Shown one piece after another: positions 47,735 to 49,103 of a stretch of DNA of 49,103 nucleotides. Below the pieces are notes generated by a model. The model searched no databases, was not told the DNA's origin, and saw only the letters and a list, made by a program, of their open reading frames with translations. The stretch lies in the NCBI GenBank assembly GCA_011372875.1, contig DSAD01000259.1, positions 1 through 49,103 of the forward strand, written 5' to 3'. The position numbers were made by a program, and so were the translations under genes. Each line of letters starts with the position of its first letter. Positions within the stretch are counted from its first letter, which is position 1. The DNA is from Deltaproteobacteria bacterium. Its GTDB lineage: Bacteria > Desulfobacterota > Desulfomonilia > UBA1062.

Positions 47735-48502
47735 ATGGAGCTGATTATTATACTGTCGGTCTTTATCTGTATAGTGGCGTTGATCTGGTACCTCTCAAAG
47801 AGGGCACATGGGAAAGACGATGCCGTTGTAGTCGAAAACATAAGGAGATCGGCTATGAACGGGGATGTATACGCTCAGTTCAAACTTGCCAATATTTATT
47901 TCGAAGGCAGGGGTGTGGAACAGGACGATGTAGAGGCTGCCGGATGGTTTCTCAAGGCAGCCCAGCAGGATCATGTGGAGGCACAGTTTATCCTCGGCAC
48001 CCTGTATGAAAAAGGTGACGGTGTCGGCAGGGATGATGCCCAGGCATATCAGTGGTTTTCCAATGCGGCCAGTCAGGGTCATAACAGATCGATAATAATG
48101 TTGGAATCGGACAAGTGGCAGGAATATATCAGGAAGCACAATTCAGGCAGGGATGGAAGGGGAGATCAGATCGACCCGGACAGGGAAGAGATTACCTCGG
48201 AACATGTGGAGAAATATACGCAGAAGGCCGGCCAGGGTGATGTTGACGCACAGTATAACCTTGCAATCATGTACTATCATGGCGAGGGTGTAGAGCGTAA
48301 CCTGGAGGAGGCATTATACTGGTTTCACAAGGCAGCCGAGCAGGATGATACCGAAGCGCAATATAATCTGGGGTTTATGTACGGAAGAGGAGAGGGCATT
48401 AGAAGGGATCAGGAACAGTCCATGCAATGGTTCATGAAAGCTGCGCAGCAGGGACATGCCGGGGCACAGGAGATCGTCGGGAAGATGTTGAAGAAGCCAT
48501 GA
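47735..48502 (+). CDS. Membrane-anchored Sel1-repeat (TPR-like) protein
   Basis: 255 aa from ATG 47735 (AGGAGAG upstream). It has one N-terminal TM helix and about 5 Sel1 units of the form A-x-Y-x-L-G-x-M-Y-x-x-G-x-G-V-x-x-D-x-x-x-A-x-x-W-F-x-K-A-A. Confidence 0.9.
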   Translation: MELIIILSVFICIVALIWYLSKRAHGKDDAVVVENIRRSAMNGDVYAQFKLANIYFEGRGVEQDDVEAAGWFLKAAQQDHVEAQFILGTLYEKGDGVGRDDAQAYQWFSNAASQGHNRSIIMLESDKWQEYIRKHNSGRDGRGDQIDPDREEITSEHVEKYTQKAGQGDVDAQYNLAIMYYHGEGVERNLEEALYWFHKAAEQDDTEAQYNLGFMYGRGEGIRRDQEQSMQWFMKAAQQGHAGAQEIVGKMLKKP

Positions 48503-48671
48503 CAGCTTCGTGCCGTGCCGTGTGCTGTCAACCGTAACGGGGAAGTCCTTCTCGGCGCTATGACATGATATCTTCTGTCTGATGTCCGTACTGGTTTTAA
48601 CGAACAGGATTATGTGGCTGATAAGGCAACGTTGATGTTGTAGGCAATTGTCTGGCAGGCGTTGCGGATAG

Positions 48672-48875
48672 TTACTTGCCGGTTTTTTTCTGCAGACCTG
48701 AAAGCCCTATGAGCCCCAGTCCCACCAGTACCATTGTTGCCGGCTCCGGTATGGCGATAACAGCTGTCTGTACCGTGTTGGTGAGGTTGTCGAAGTCCAT
48801 TATCTCTGCTGATAGGGCAGGTGATAAATATCCAAGTGATATTAGTGCACCAATCAGCCCAATGATTTTTTTCAT
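48672..48875 (-). CDS. Minimal PEP-CTERM sorting-signal protein
   Basis: 67 aa from ATG 48875. Signal peptide MKKIIGLIGALISLGYLSPALSA, then 19 residues, then the PEP motif, a TM helix and a basic tail (IPEPATMVLVGLGLIGLSGLQKKTGK). Confidence 0.8.
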   Translation of the reverse strand: MKKIIGLIGALISLGYLSPALSAEIMDFDNLTNTVQTAVIAIPEPATMVLVGLGLIGLSGLQKKTGK

Positions 48876-49103
48876 CTTTTTAAATTCTCCTCCTGACACA
48901 TTACGATAATTTCATATCAGTCTTACATAACACCTTTTAGCTGCGAAATACCAAGATGTCGCCTTTAAACATAAATGACATGCCTTGTCAAATGTAATCT
49001 TGATCTCTTGACAATATTATTAAGCATTTACAGCACATGACTGCTTAGGCCCTGGATATTTGATATAGTGCGAAGAGAATGTAGAGAAATAGATCTGAGG
49101 GTC

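Noticed and set aside
48940-48954. Sigma-54-like element TTGGTATTTCGCAGC (minus strand) upstream of the PEP-CTERM gene
   Set aside because: The GG-to-GC spacing is one nucleotide shorter than the TGGCAC-N5-TTGC consensus, and the -24 element is TGGTAT. This is too weak to call without TSS data.

Overview
Densely coding 49.1-kb chromosomal window with about 50 CDS on both strands. I recognise no rRNA, tRNA, CRISPR array, transposase or integrase. The backbone is housekeeping: rpsB-tsf-pyrH-frr (3.5-6.3 kb), a minus-strand dapL-dapF-guaA-purF-like string (13.2-18.6 kb), a translationally coupled ilvB-ilvN-ilvC-psd-pssA-leuA-leuC-leuD-asd-ecfT run (28.5-38.2 kb), an RND efflux pair, and pyk. Interleaved are signalling and accessory genes. 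These are a membrane GGDEF cyclase, three PilZ domains in two genes, a tandem cNMP-binding protein beside an HDAC-family deacylase and a patatin-like lipase, an orphan PAS histidine kinase, and a stand-alone receiver. There are also two MBL hydrolases, a 1156-aa GH13-type enzyme, a Sel1-repeat protein and a minimal PEP-CTERM protein. Gene content and order (DapL lysine pathway, archaeal-type LeuCD, psd-pssA inside the ilv-leu cluster, PEP-CTERM) suggest an anaerobic Desulfobacterota / delta-proteobacterium-like genome; this is inference only. I do not see a self-evident new multi-gene system. Six items seem most worth follow-up. (1) A PurF paralogue with no catalytic Cys1 but an intact PRTase half and Fe-S ligands, just downstream of guaA. 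(2) An 860-bp stretch (19572-20428) with no confident gene, an orphan 121-aa ORF and a flanking 12-nt inverted repeat. (3) The HDAC / tandem-cNMP / patatin trio. (4) The 3-prime-end cluster of receiver, PilZ, a Cys-rich unknown that may be leaderless, Sel1 and mini PEP-CTERM. (5) A 139-aa four-helix protein with two H-x13-H helices, a candidate mini di-haem cytochrome b. (6) A REP/MITE-like palindromic repeat family at two intergenic sites. All functional calls come from motif recognition by eye; no searches were run.
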